From the IMG/VR virus record IMGVR_UViG_3300020149_000046, positions 1-38,538 of that record: a stretch of DNA of 38,538 bases, one strand, 5' to 3'. A program made the position numbers and the translations under genes. The notes under the pieces are model-generated. The model saw nothing but the letters and a program-made list of their open reading frames with translations, was not told the origin of the DNA and searched no databases. Positions 17,584 to 26,307 of the stretch are shown here, piece by piece (position 1 is the first letter of the stretch; each line of letters starts with the position of its first letter). Source of the stretch: a virus. Its lineage: Duplodnaviria > Caudoviricetes.

Positions 17584-17692
17584 AGGCTTTCAAATGGCCG
17601 GTGGCGCGTTTTTGGAGCCGCCGTGCGCCTTTGTCCAGCCCGGAAGGTTACGCGCACCAGCGGCCAGCCCGTCGCGCGATTGGGCATCGCGG

Positions 17693-17721
17693 TTGCAATT
17701 GAGCCCTAAAACTACGATATT
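17693..17721 (+). promoter_or_regulatory. Putative sigma70-type promoter, antisense to the late operon
   Basis: TTGCAA(17693-98)-N17-GATATT(17716-21); predicted +1 near G17728. Confidence 0.5.
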
Positions 17722-17727
17722 GCAGTT

Positions 17728-17794
17728 GCGCTCGAGCCAGAACAGCCGGCCCTAGTTGGCCGTGAGGGATCAAGGTTCGGCCCTCCGGGCGTCA
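17728..17794 (+). ncRNA. tRNA-shaped small RNA (D-armless) converging on MuF stop
   Basis: 7-bp stem GCGCTCG/CGGGCGT; arm CGGCC-CTAGTT-GGCCG; arm GAGGG-N12-CCCTC adjacent to the closing stem. Confidence 0.55.
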
Positions 17795-18904
17795 TTCCCA
17801 TCCCTGTCCCTGTCGCACCACCCGGCCGCTGCCGATCCGCCGTTTGGCCTGGCCGCGGTTGATGCGGTGCAGGCCCAAGAGCCGGAGGCTGCCATCCGCT
17901 TCCCGTTTGATATAGGCGGCCCAGAACTTCCCTTCGACCAGGCCGATCAGCCGGAAGTGATACGACCGAACCGGGTCCATGACCACGGTGGCATAGTCCA
18001 GCAGCGCCTGCGTCACGCTGCGATAGGCCCGCGCGGTCGCCTCTCGATGCTTGAAATGCCGGCGTACCGTATCGGCGGAGAGGACGATCGCTTCACCCGG
18101 CCGCGCACCCAAGGCGGCGGCCAGCGCGCGCGGCGGTTGCGCCACCGGCACGGAATAGCCACCGGCCAGCCGCATGGCGTCCCGCACCAGCAGGTCCACC
18201 TGCTCCGCCGCCGTGTCCGGCGGCCGCGTCTGGGCCGCCGGCAGCGGCTCTCCCCCGCGCAGCGTGTCCCAGGCCATGCCGACATTGCCCTCAAAGCCAT
18301 CGTCGGGCGGGATGGCCAGGCGCGGGTCATCATCGGCCGTCACCGTCCAGCCATAGCGCACCAGGTCGCGCTCAGAGACAATCATGACGTGGCAGCGGCA
18401 ATTGAAGCCGTTGGGCGGGAAATGCGTGCGCCAGAACCAATGGTCGATCGGCAGGATGACATCATGCCATTTCCGATGCGTGTCGCGCACGCGATGGTCG
18501 CCGGCTGTGACATAGCGGAAATAGTAACGCAGGCGCGGATTGGCCGCTTGCAGGCGCCTGGCCTGTTCCCACCGTCCTGCCGCCCGTGCCCCGAAGGTTT
18601 CCATCCGCCAGATCAGGTTCGAGTGCCAGCCAGGATCGCTGGGCGTGGCCCAGCCATAGCGGTCGGCTATGGCCTGGTAGCGTGCCTTGAAATCGTCCGG
18701 CGTGCCACCCTCCGCATAGATCTCGCCGGCCGCCGCCAAGAGGTCCTTGTGCATGGCCTCGGCTTGCGCATCCACCACCGTTTCCGCGCGGGCGCCGGCG
18801 GCGCGCAGCAAGGCGCGCCAATCACTATCGGCAATGGCCAGGCGATCCTTGAGATAGGCGATGGCCTCGACAAAGGGGACAGCGCCCCGCTCAACCGCCG
18901 GCAT
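17792..18904 (-). CDS. MuF (gp30) minor head protein with C-terminal putative BECR-fold RNase domain
   Basis: 'RYVTAGDHRVRDTH..WHDVILPIDH.FW..HFPPNGFNCRC' MuF core plus ~115 aa extension. Confidence 0.85.
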   Translation of the reverse strand: MPAVERGAVPFVEAIAYLKDRLAIADSDWRALLRAAGARAETVVDAQAEAMHKDLLAAAGEIYAEGGTPDDFKARYQAIADRYGWATPSDPGWHSNLIWRMETFGARAAGRWEQARRLQAANPRLRYYFRYVTAGDHRVRDTHRKWHDVILPIDHWFWRTHFPPNGFNCRCHVMIVSERDLVRYGWTVTADDDPRLAIPPDDGFEGNVGMAWDTLRGGEPLPAAQTRPPDTAAEQVDLLVRDAMRLAGGYSVPVAQPPRALAAALGARPGEAIVLSADTVRRHFKHREATARAYRSVTQALLDYATVVMDPVRSYHFRLIGLVEGKFWAAYIKREADGSLRLLGLHRINRGQAKRRIGSGRVVRQGQGWE

Positions 18905-20438
18905 CGACACGGCCAGCCAGTTCGGCCAGCACCAGGGCGCGGGTCATCAGCGCTTTCAGCTCGGCCAGCGGCAGGCCGGGCCAGCGCGCCCGCAAAGCGG
19001 CCTCACGCTCGGCCGGTGTGGCATGCTGCTCGACGATATCGGCAATAGCGTCGAGCAGGGCCGCCTCAGCCGCAGCCGATACCGTGGCGGCGTCCAGGGC
19101 CAGGCCATCCATATCCGGCACATCCATCTGCGCATGCCGTGACTCGTCCCTTGCCGGCAGCAGTGGCGGCGGCGGTGCGATGACTGACGCAGGCGCCAGA
19201 ACCTCTTCGCCATCCTGCGGCTCGGGCAGGCCGACCAGGTCGCGCATCGAGGATGCCGAAACCCGCAGCCCCATCGGCACCAGGCGCGACACGGCCGAGA
19301 CCGTCTGCTCCACGTCCTTCTGGTCCGGCCGGCCGATCTTGAGGCGCGGGCACGGCCAGTTCGGGCCGCGCTCCAGCATGATCCAGGTGCGGATCAGGTC
19401 GCGGTTGAGAATGGCGCTGATCGCCTTGGCGTCGGCCTTCTCGATATCCTCTTGCACCTGGCGGTGCTCCTGGCCCACCGCATGACCGCCGGCAATGGCG
19501 TCGGTCGTGGCCGTCTGGCCCAGAACGGCCTTGGACACCTGCTGATCGAGCCAGTCCGCGCGCTCCTTATACATGCCGGTCGAAGAGCCGATCGAGCCGG
19601 TCTGCTCGAAGTCGATCTGCATGGATTCGGGGATGATGGCGGCGCAGTCGCCGGCAATATTGGCGACGGCGCGGAACAGCGTGTCCTTCTCGGCCTGGCT
19701 GGCGCCGGGCCCATATTTGCCCACCCGCAGCGGCTGGCCATAGGTCTGGATGAAAATGGCCCAGTCCCGGTTGGCATAGGCCTTGAACATCCAGGCCCAG
19801 GCCACGATGCGGGCCAGCCCGCTGCGCAGCGGCAGGCCCGATTTGGCTTTCATCACCGCCGCGATGAACTTGCCGGGCGGCAGCTCGACCAGACCGCCAT
19901 TTTCGTCGAGCATCATCGGCGTGGTCAGGTTGTCCCGCGCCGGCTTGAACCAACGCGGGTCGCGCCATTCCAGACGCTCGGGCCGCCACTGGCCCGAGGA
20001 CGTGTCCCAGATGATTTCCGTATAGCTCACGCCCTTGCCGATGGCGTCGAGGATGTCGAACATTTCATCTTGCAACTCGTCGCGCATCAGCCAGTCGCGT
20101 ACCATGTCGGCCGTCTCGACGTCGCCGGCGGCGTCGCTGGCCGCCTCTACCGTGATGTCGAGCTGGCTCACCGAACGCTTGCGCGTGCCCAGCACGCCGG
20201 CATAGTGCAGGTCGCGCTCCTCGATCGTCTCGGCCAGTTCCAGATAGCGCAACGGCTCGCCCTGGTCGGCCTCCCGCAGGATCGAGGCCAGGCGCAGCGG
20301 GTTGAGCCCGTCGCCCGGATAGCCTGAAAGCGGGGTGCGCACGCCCGAAATGGTCGGCCCGGCGACTTCGGAGATCAGAACCTTCTTCTCGATCGGCCGG
20401 CCGCGATGATCGACCAGGCCCTTATAGGTTTCAGCCAT
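18891..20438 (-). CDS. Portal protein (Mu gp29, DUF935)
   Basis: 'EERDLHYAGVLGTRK', 'DWAIFIQTYGQPLRVGKY', 'SKAVLGQTATT'. Confidence 0.95.
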   Translation of the reverse strand: MAETYKGLVDHRGRPIEKKVLISEVAGPTISGVRTPLSGYPGDGLNPLRLASILREADQGEPLRYLELAETIEERDLHYAGVLGTRKRSVSQLDITVEAASDAAGDVETADMVRDWLMRDELQDEMFDILDAIGKGVSYTEIIWDTSSGQWRPERLEWRDPRWFKPARDNLTTPMMLDENGGLVELPPGKFIAAVMKAKSGLPLRSGLARIVAWAWMFKAYANRDWAIFIQTYGQPLRVGKYGPGASQAEKDTLFRAVANIAGDCAAIIPESMQIDFEQTGSIGSSTGMYKERADWLDQQVSKAVLGQTATTDAIAGGHAVGQEHRQVQEDIEKADAKAISAILNRDLIRTWIMLERGPNWPCPRLKIGRPDQKDVEQTVSAVSRLVPMGLRVSASSMRDLVGLPEPQDGEEVLAPASVIAPPPPLLPARDESRHAQMDVPDMDGLALDAATVSAAAEAALLDAIADIVEQHATPAEREAALRARWPGLPLAELKALMTRALVLAELAGRVDAGG

Positions 20439-20439
20439 T

Positions 20440-20682
20440 CTAGTCCTCGATCCGATGCGGTGGTGCCGATGATGGCAGCGATGGAATGAGTGCCAGTGTC
20501 CACCATCGGCAAGCAGTCGCGGCCTTGGGAAAGGGGATTCCGGTTGCTTCGAGCAACCAGATGTCGGCGCCGTCGGTGACCCAGATCAGTCGGCCGGCCG
20601 GTGGTATGTCGTCCCTCTCGCGCCAGCTCGGTTCGGGGTCGATATCGGCGGCGATCTCACGGCCGAGATAGAGCACCATCAC
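20440..20682 (-). CDS. Hypothetical protein (80 aa)
   Basis: Fills gap between terL and portal with overlapping start/stop. Confidence 0.55.
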   Translation of the reverse strand: MMVLYLGREIAADIDPEPSWRERDDIPPAGRLIWVTDGADIWLLEATGIPFPKAATACRWWTLALIPSLPSSAPPHRIED

Positions 20683-22370
20683 ACACTCCCCCGCAATCCA
20701 GCCCCCAGCGGCCCGGCGAATTCGTCACGACGACCGCCGCCATAGTCATCGCCATGATAGGGGCGCTCCATCATCCGGCCCGGCGCCGGCGCGCTGGCGC
20801 TGCCGGCACCGCGATAGTCGTATTCCACCACGCCCTGGACCGAGGCGAACCACATCAGCATGCCGGCAATGCCCACGTCGCCATGGCGCTCAAGCCCATC
20901 GGCCTCGCCCTTGTAGCGCATGTCGTCGGGCACCTTGATTACGCCGCCCTGGTAGATCAGCGCCTGGTGGTCGCGCACCACGTCGAGATCCATGGGCAGC
21001 ACGATGGTCCCGTCGGTGAAGGCCTCGATGTAGGGCACTGCATTGACCCGATACCATTCGGTCGAGAACTTGACCTCATAGACCCGTTCGCCGAATTTCT
21101 GGCGCAGCGTCTCGGCCAGATAGGCGCCGTTGCCGGTGGCGTCGCAGGCCCCGCCCGAAAAGCGCGGCAGGTGCTCGACGATAAAGAACATGATGTCGCG
21201 CTGTGTTTCGAACGGCACATTCCGCAGTTCGACCAGGAGCCGCGTTTCGCGGTCCAGGGTCTGGGTCAGCTCGGCAATGAGCACCGCCGTGGTGTCGCCG
21301 GATCGCGCAAAGTCCTCGCCGAAATAATGCGGCCGGTCGGCCCTCAGCTTGAGCAGGTGCGGCAGCAGTTTTTCCCGGCACCACGCCCTCGTCTCTGCCT
21401 CGCGCACATGCTTGGGCAGGTTCTTGAAGCTGTCCTTGAGCGCCCAGCGCACGACCGGAATATTGGGCCGCATGCAGGTCTCGATCTCCACCCGCGTCAG
21501 CGCCGCGCCGGCCATTTCGGCCGGAATGCAATCCAGCTCCTGTTTCATGGCCGCTTCGCGCACGCCATAGGAGCCGCGAATCTTGGCCTCCCAGGCCGCC
21601 TTACCCTCCGGCGTTGGGATGCGGTTGCGCACCAGGCAGACGCGCTCATAGAGCCCGTTTTCGACAGCTTTCGAGAAGGGGATGAAGTGCAGCGAATACG
21701 GCACCTTGCCCGCCTTGGCCTCGCGGATCAGCTCGTTGAAGGCATTGAGTACCCCGTTATGGGTCGAAATGATGCGGATGCGGCCGCCCCAGATCAGCAG
21801 CGCGTTCACCGCATCCAGCACCAGGCGCACATCCTTATGGAATGCCGCCTCGTCGATGCAGACCGTGCCCTGGAGCCCGCGAATATTCTCCGGCCGGCTC
21901 GACAGCGCCTCGACGCGAAAACCCGAGGCGAAGATGACCCGGAAGGCAGCAATGTGCTGGGTCGTGCCGTCGTCCCTCTGGTCGAGGAACATGAATTCCT
22001 CGATCGCCACCAGTTCCTTGGCCACCGTCTTGGCGAAGCTGGCCACATAGCCGATGAATTCGCGGCCCTTGTCCTTGGTGTCGCCGATATAGAAATAGTT
22101 CTCGCCGCCGGCCGAACGCGCGGCTGCGGCGATCAGCGTCGCGTCCAGCGCCTCGGCAAAGGTGATGCCGGTGCGCCGCCCTTTTTCGCCCAGCTTGAGC
22201 GCGCTCTTGTCGTCGATCCACTCGACCTGGTGCGCCATCAACACGCCATCGGCCAGCGGGTCGAAGTCCTCGGCAATATCGGCGCCGCGCGGCAGTTCGG
22301 CCATCAGCTCCGCCGTGACGCGCGGCATCACCGGATCGGTGAAGACCATCTGGGGCAGCGGGCTAGTCAT
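20679..22370 (-). CDS. terL: Terminase large subunit (Mu gp28-like)
   Basis: 'EKGRRTGITF', 'LSSRPENIRGLQG..CIDEAAFH', 'ISTHNG', 'GEDFARSGD', 'DATGNG', 'RHGD'. Confidence 0.95.
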   Translation of the reverse strand: MTSPLPQMVFTDPVMPRVTAELMAELPRGADIAEDFDPLADGVLMAHQVEWIDDKSALKLGEKGRRTGITFAEALDATLIAAAARSAGGENYFYIGDTKDKGREFIGYVASFAKTVAKELVAIEEFMFLDQRDDGTTQHIAAFRVIFASGFRVEALSSRPENIRGLQGTVCIDEAAFHKDVRLVLDAVNALLIWGGRIRIISTHNGVLNAFNELIREAKAGKVPYSLHFIPFSKAVENGLYERVCLVRNRIPTPEGKAAWEAKIRGSYGVREAAMKQELDCIPAEMAGAALTRVEIETCMRPNIPVVRWALKDSFKNLPKHVREAETRAWCREKLLPHLLKLRADRPHYFGEDFARSGDTTAVLIAELTQTLDRETRLLVELRNVPFETQRDIMFFIVEHLPRFSGGACDATGNGAYLAETLRQKFGERVYEVKFSTEWYRVNAVPYIEAFTDGTIVLPMDLDVVRDHQALIYQGGVIKVPDDMRYKGEADGLERHGDVGIAGMLMWFASVQGVVEYDYRGAGSASAPAPGRMMERPYHGDDYGGGRRDEFAGPLGAGLRGSV

Positions 22371-22557
22371 ACCAGCCCACCCAGTTTTCAGCCAGGGCGC
22401 GCCACCGCATATTGCGGAGCTGGACCCACCATTTATGCAATTTATGCACTTCGGCAGTATTGGCGCCGCGCATCCCGGCTTCCACCGCGCGCATCAGCGT
22501 CTGGCATTCGGCAGGCGAGCTGACCCACAGGCCGGCAATGACATGCCCATTTTTCAT
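22363..22557 (-). CDS. Hypothetical protein (64 aa)
   Basis: ATGA overlap with gp27 stop; overlaps terL start. Confidence 0.55.
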   Translation of the reverse strand: MKNGHVIAGLWVSSPAECQTLMRAVEAGMRGANTAEVHKLHKWWVQLRNMRWRALAENWVGWYD

Positions 22558-23219
22558 AGCTCCGTATCCAGCTTCATCGCTTCACCCGGCTTCTTCGGCC
22601 GCACGCCCAGGAATTCGCGCCGCATCTGCGCAATGGCCTCGGCCGAAACGCCCGCTTCGCGCACCACACTCTCGGCCTTGTCCAGCAGCTCATCCTGCGC
22701 CGCCTCGATGGCGGCCTGCGCCTTGGCCCGCGCGGCTGCTGACATCTGGCCCGTCTGCACGAGGGACTGCATGCCCCGCGCCAGTTCCATGGCTTCCTTA
22801 GGCTTCAACTCGCGGCCGCGCGCCCGCAAGATGTGGAAGAAGGCCGACTTGGCCATTTCCAGGATCATCACCGTCAGGTCTTCGTTCTCGACAGCGTCGA
22901 GCCGGCTCGCCAGTGCGGTGGCGATAGTGCGCGTTTCCTCCATGTCCCGCGCCAGTTCGGCCTGGAACACGCTGTAGCGGTGAAAGGACGAGAAGGCGGG
23001 AATGTCGAAATCCAGCCCCTGTTCGCCCTGCAGCGCGATCAGCTTTTCGCGGAATTCGGCATAGATATCGGTTAGCGTCCGCGTGCGTGACGCCAGCTCC
23101 TGGCTGGCCCACACCACGATATCGCCGGCCTCGGCCGGCAGCAATTCGATGGAGGAAAGACGGCCCCGGCCACGACGCCGGCGGCGGTCGGCCTGGGCCG
23201 GAGCGCGATCATCCGCCAT
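22554..23219 (-). CDS. Mu gp27-like (DUF3486), putative small terminase
   Basis: 'GRGRLSSIELLP', 'SSFHRYS', C-terminal 'GVSAEAIAQMRREFLGV'. Confidence 0.85.
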   Translation of the reverse strand: MADDRAPAQADRRRRRGRGRLSSIELLPAEAGDIVVWASQELASRTRTLTDIYAEFREKLIALQGEQGLDFDIPAFSSFHRYSVFQAELARDMEETRTIATALASRLDAVENEDLTVMILEMAKSAFFHILRARGRELKPKEAMELARGMQSLVQTGQMSAAARAKAQAAIEAAQDELLDKAESVVREAGVSAEAIAQMRREFLGVRPKKPGEAMKLDTEL

Positions 23220-23221
23220 CT

Positions 23222-23524
23222 CTATTCTCCCGGCCGGCCGGGGCGCTTGATACCGTCCAGGGCGATTTCCCGCCGCAAATGCCGATGGCCGCGCTCGGTC
23301 AGCGTCGCCACCTGGATGGAGCCGGCCTGCTGCACCACCACGGCACCCCGTTCGGCCAGCCAGGCGAATTCGTCATGCACCCAGCCCCGGTCGACCCAGA
23401 TGCCGAACACGGCGAGCTGCGGGATCATCAGGTCCGAGTTGAGGCTTTCCTTCGGCTGGCTCGCCAGTTCCTTGAGGATGACCAGCCGCGCCTGCTCGCG
23501 CATCAATGTGTCCATGTCGCTCAC
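23222..23524 (-). CDS. Mu gp26-like winged-helix protein
   Basis: 'ARLVILKEL', 'FAWLAERG', 'ATLTERG..H', 'GIKRP'. Confidence 0.8.
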   Translation of the reverse strand: MSDMDTLMREQARLVILKELASQPKESLNSDLMIPQLAVFGIWVDRGWVHDEFAWLAERGAVVVQQAGSIQVATLTERGHRHLRREIALDGIKRPGRPGE

Positions 23525-23958
23525 GGCCGGCTCCTCGTTGCGGGCTTCTGCGCTGCCGCCTGGGCGGCCGACTGGGCCTGCGCGGCCTGCTGGATCAGCA
23601 TTTCCTGCATCCGCTCAGCAATGGCGGCTACCGGCCGCAGATCGGCCCGCATTTCCTTGAACTCGCCCCGCATGTCGCTGACGCTCAGCTCCAGCCGGTG
23701 CTGGCTGTCCTTGTCCGGCATCTGCTGCATCATGGTTTCAAGGTGGCTCACCCGCCCGCCGATGGCGTCAGCCTTGTCATCGACCAGCTTGCACTCAGCA
23801 AAAGCCTCCCGCCGCAGCACGGCGATGGACTCCTTCACGCTGCCGATTTCGGTGGCATTCTTCTTCGCCGGCGACTGGAAAATGTTCCAAAGCGTCGTGC
23901 TTAAGGCCACGACCAAAGAAATGCCCGACAGCCACGGCACCATATCCAAAAACGTCAT
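23521..23958 (-). CDS. Mu gp25-like (DUF2730) membrane-anchored coiled-coil protein
   Basis: N-terminal TM; 'RVSHLE...MPDKDSQHRLEL'. Confidence 0.75.
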   Translation of the reverse strand: MTFLDMVPWLSGISLVVALSTTLWNIFQSPAKKNATEIGSVKESIAVLRREAFAECKLVDDKADAIGGRVSHLETMMQQMPDKDSQHRLELSVSDMRGEFKEMRADLRPVAAIAERMQEMLIQQAAQAQSAAQAAAQKPATRSRP

Positions 23959-23962
23959 GGGC

Positions 23963-24544
23963 CTACTCGATCCACTTCTCTTCGCTGCGGCCCCACTTGC
24001 CGCGCATCAGCTCCAGCACCGTATGGCCGCCCATATGCAGGCTGAGATAGGCCCCGGTCAGCGCCAGCAGATCGCCCACTTCGGGCGCCGGCAGCGGCTC
24101 GGCCAGACCCGCCAGCCGCATGCCGGCATTGGCCAGATGCACCAGAACCAGCGTCCAGGCCCAGGCGAACATCAGGAAATACTGCCACACATAGAGCCAG
24201 GCCCAGGTCCAGAGCGGCCCCTTGTTCATCGCCGCCAGCAGCAGCTCGTTGCTCTGTTTCTGCTGGTCGTTATGCGCGCGCTGCAATTCCGCCTGGGCCA
24301 GCAGCAGGTCCGGCATGGTCGCTTCGGCCGCCGCCACCTTGTTGCGCACGGTCTGGCTCGTGCCATTGCCGATGGCCACCTCGACCTGCTCGCGCGTCGC
24401 AATTGCCGGCTCCATGCCAAAGCTCTTCGCCAGCGCATCGATACCGATTTGCGCAATCGCCTCGGCATCCTGGCCGAAACGCTGGCCGATCACCTTGGCC
24501 AGGATAGGCGCACCCAGATTGAGCAGGATTTGGTCAAGCGCCAT
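23963..24544 (-). CDS. Holin-like membrane protein
   Basis: Follows endolysin; hydrophobic segments; 'YLSLHMGGHTV' C-terminus. Confidence 0.6.
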   Translation of the reverse strand: MALDQILLNLGAPILAKVIGQRFGQDAEAIAQIGIDALAKSFGMEPAIATREQVEVAIGNGTSQTVRNKVAAAEATMPDLLLAQAELQRAHNDQQKQSNELLLAAMNKGPLWTWAWLYVWQYFLMFAWAWTLVLVHLANAGMRLAGLAEPLPAPEVGDLLALTGAYLSLHMGGHTVLELMRGKWGRSEEKWIE

Positions 24545-25346
24545 GGCTGGCCTCCGATGCACGGGCAAAGGCCGTGGCCTGCTGCCGGTTGACGAAAGCG
24601 CGCCAGATCAGCCAGCACGCCAGGGCAAAAAGGCAAAGGCCGAGTCCCGTCGCCAGCCAGTCGGCCAGTTGTGGCGCCTGGTCAGTGATCCGGTCGGCCG
24701 GCACGGGTGGGTGGGTTACCGGGTCCACGACGACAGCGGCGGCGCCGCCCGTGCCGCTGCCAGCCGCCCCGATCGCCTGCTTTTTGGCGGTGGCACGCGC
24801 GGCCGCTGCTTCGTCATCCAGCCGCTGCTGCACGCTGGCCGCGTCGAGCGCCATGGCGGCCAGCGCCCGCGCCACGCTTTTGGCCTGGATATCGGCAATG
24901 CGATTTGTCCAGCCGCGCCCAAAACTCTGCCACAACGATTTGAGCGACTGCACGAAACCTAGCCGCCGCGAGCACAGGGCCTTGATCGTCTTGACGTGGT
25001 CGTTTTTGGCATCGAGCGCCGCCAGCAGCCAGGCGCGGCCGCGCACCGGCCCGGAATTGACCGAAGCATCATAGGTTGCCAGATCGACGCCCGGAAACAG
25101 CCGCTCGCACGAAGGGTTGCCCAACCAATAGCCGGTGAAGAAGATCATGAGCGCTTCGTCGCGGGTGATGAGGGCCACGCTGCGGCGAGGCTGCTTCTGG
25201 CTGTCGCGCCATTCGTCATAGCGTGCTTGAGTCACCCCACCCATGGTCTTGCCGCCAGGGTCTTTCAGGTTGTCGCTCCACCCGCCCTCCCACACCGCCG
25301 TGACCGCGTGACATTGCAGGAATTTCTGGCTGTAGAGGCTGGCCAT
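24534..25346 (-). CDS. Endolysin, glycosyl hydrolase family 108
   Basis: 'EGGWSDNLKDPGGKTMGGVT', 'DASVNSG', 'FGRGWTNRI'; C-terminal TM helix. Confidence 0.92.
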   Translation of the reverse strand: MASLYSQKFLQCHAVTAVWEGGWSDNLKDPGGKTMGGVTQARYDEWRDSQKQPRRSVALITRDEALMIFFTGYWLGNPSCERLFPGVDLATYDASVNSGPVRGRAWLLAALDAKNDHVKTIKALCSRRLGFVQSLKSLWQSFGRGWTNRIADIQAKSVARALAAMALDAASVQQRLDDEAAAARATAKKQAIGAAGSGTGGAAAVVVDPVTHPPVPADRITDQAPQLADWLATGLGLCLFALACWLIWRAFVNRQQATAFARASEASHGA

Positions 25347-25376
25347 CGGGTGGCACCTTGCGTGACGCTGAAACTA

Positions 25377-25427
25377 CCGGCACAGTGCCGGTGATATCCC
25401 GCTATTCGCGCCCCGGAAGCGTTTCCG
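25377..25427 (-). promoter_or_regulatory. Putative activator-dependent late promoter (lysis/packaging operon)
   Basis: Same bipartite motif and spacing as 17086-17136. Confidence 0.7.
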
Positions 25428-25824
25428 TCCCATCGCCAAACATGTCCGCCTGCCGCTGGCGTTCGCGTGCGCGGCGATAGCGCACGGCCCGATCGGTCAG
25501 GCCGAGCGCCCGCGCAATGCTTGCCTCCGTGCCCCCAGCCTGTTCCAGCTCTGCATAGCGCCGGTTGAGCTGCCGGCGAAAGGCGGCATAGCTGCCGGTG
25601 GGGCCGAGCGGGATATCCACCCGTCCATAGCCGATAGCCGCGACAATGGCGCGGGCTTGGCTCTCGCCCACCAGCGTCACCAGCCAGTTTTTCGGCCATT
25701 TGTTAGGGATATCAACGCGTCTTCCGCCATAATGCTCGGCCAGGCGCAGGGCCGTGTCGAGGTCGGTGGCCTCGGCAATGCGGATCAGCAAAGGCGGCAA
25801 GTCATCCAGGCGCGGATCAGTCAT
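25402..25824 (-). CDS. Mor/C-like transcriptional activator
   Basis: 'ALRLAEHYGGRRVDIP' and C-terminal HTH 'SIARALGLTDRAVRY'; just upstream of lysis. Confidence 0.8.
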   Translation of the reverse strand: MTDPRLDDLPPLLIRIAEATDLDTALRLAEHYGGRRVDIPNKWPKNWLVTLVGESQARAIVAAIGYGRVDIPLGPTGSYAAFRRQLNRRYAELEQAGGTEASIARALGLTDRAVRYRRARERQRQADMFGDGTETLPGRE

Positions 25825-26086
25825 GGCCGCCGCCCTTTTTTCGGCCCGGCCGGAACGCCATACTGCGCGACAGCGTGGTCACCACCACCGCCTGGTCCGG
25901 CGCCGTCTGCTTGAGCACCAGGCGCACGTTGTCGATGCACACGGCCAGCGCACCCAACTCGGCCCCATTGCGCGTCATATCCGCCATCAGCGCCTTGACC
26001 GCGCCGACATCGAGCCCGTGTTGGCGATCCAGCCAGCGCAGCACCGCATGGTCGCTCACCCGCACCGTGACCCGCCGCCGCTTCAT
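25817..26086 (-). CDS. Hypothetical phage protein
   Basis: Start MKRRRVTVRVSDHAVLRWLDR; ATGA coupling to upstream ORF. Confidence 0.7.
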   Translation of the reverse strand: MKRRRVTVRVSDHAVLRWLDRQHGLDVGAVKALMADMTRNGAELGALAVCIDNVRLVLKQTAPDQAVVVTTLSRSMAFRPGRKKGGGHD

Positions 26087-26307
26087 TTCTGCCACCAGCT
26101 CAGTTCGTGGCCGGGCTCCTCCGGCCATTCCGGCACCGGTGCTGGGCGCGCCGTCGATTCCGCCACCAGCTCCGCCCGTATCAGCTCCGCCAGTTCCCGC
26201 TCCAGCCGCCGGCGCACCAATGCGCGCGGCGAGACGTGCGCGACACGCGCCAGTCGCTGCTGCAATTGGTGCCTGCGCTGGCTGAAGCCGGGAAGCGCCA
26301 TCATCAT
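26083..26307 (-). CDS. Hypothetical protein (74 aa)
   Basis: Coupled to both neighbours. Confidence 0.6.
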   Translation of the reverse strand: MMMALPGFSQRRHQLQQRLARVAHVSPRALVRRRLERELAELIRAELVAESTARPAPVPEWPEEPGHELSWWQK

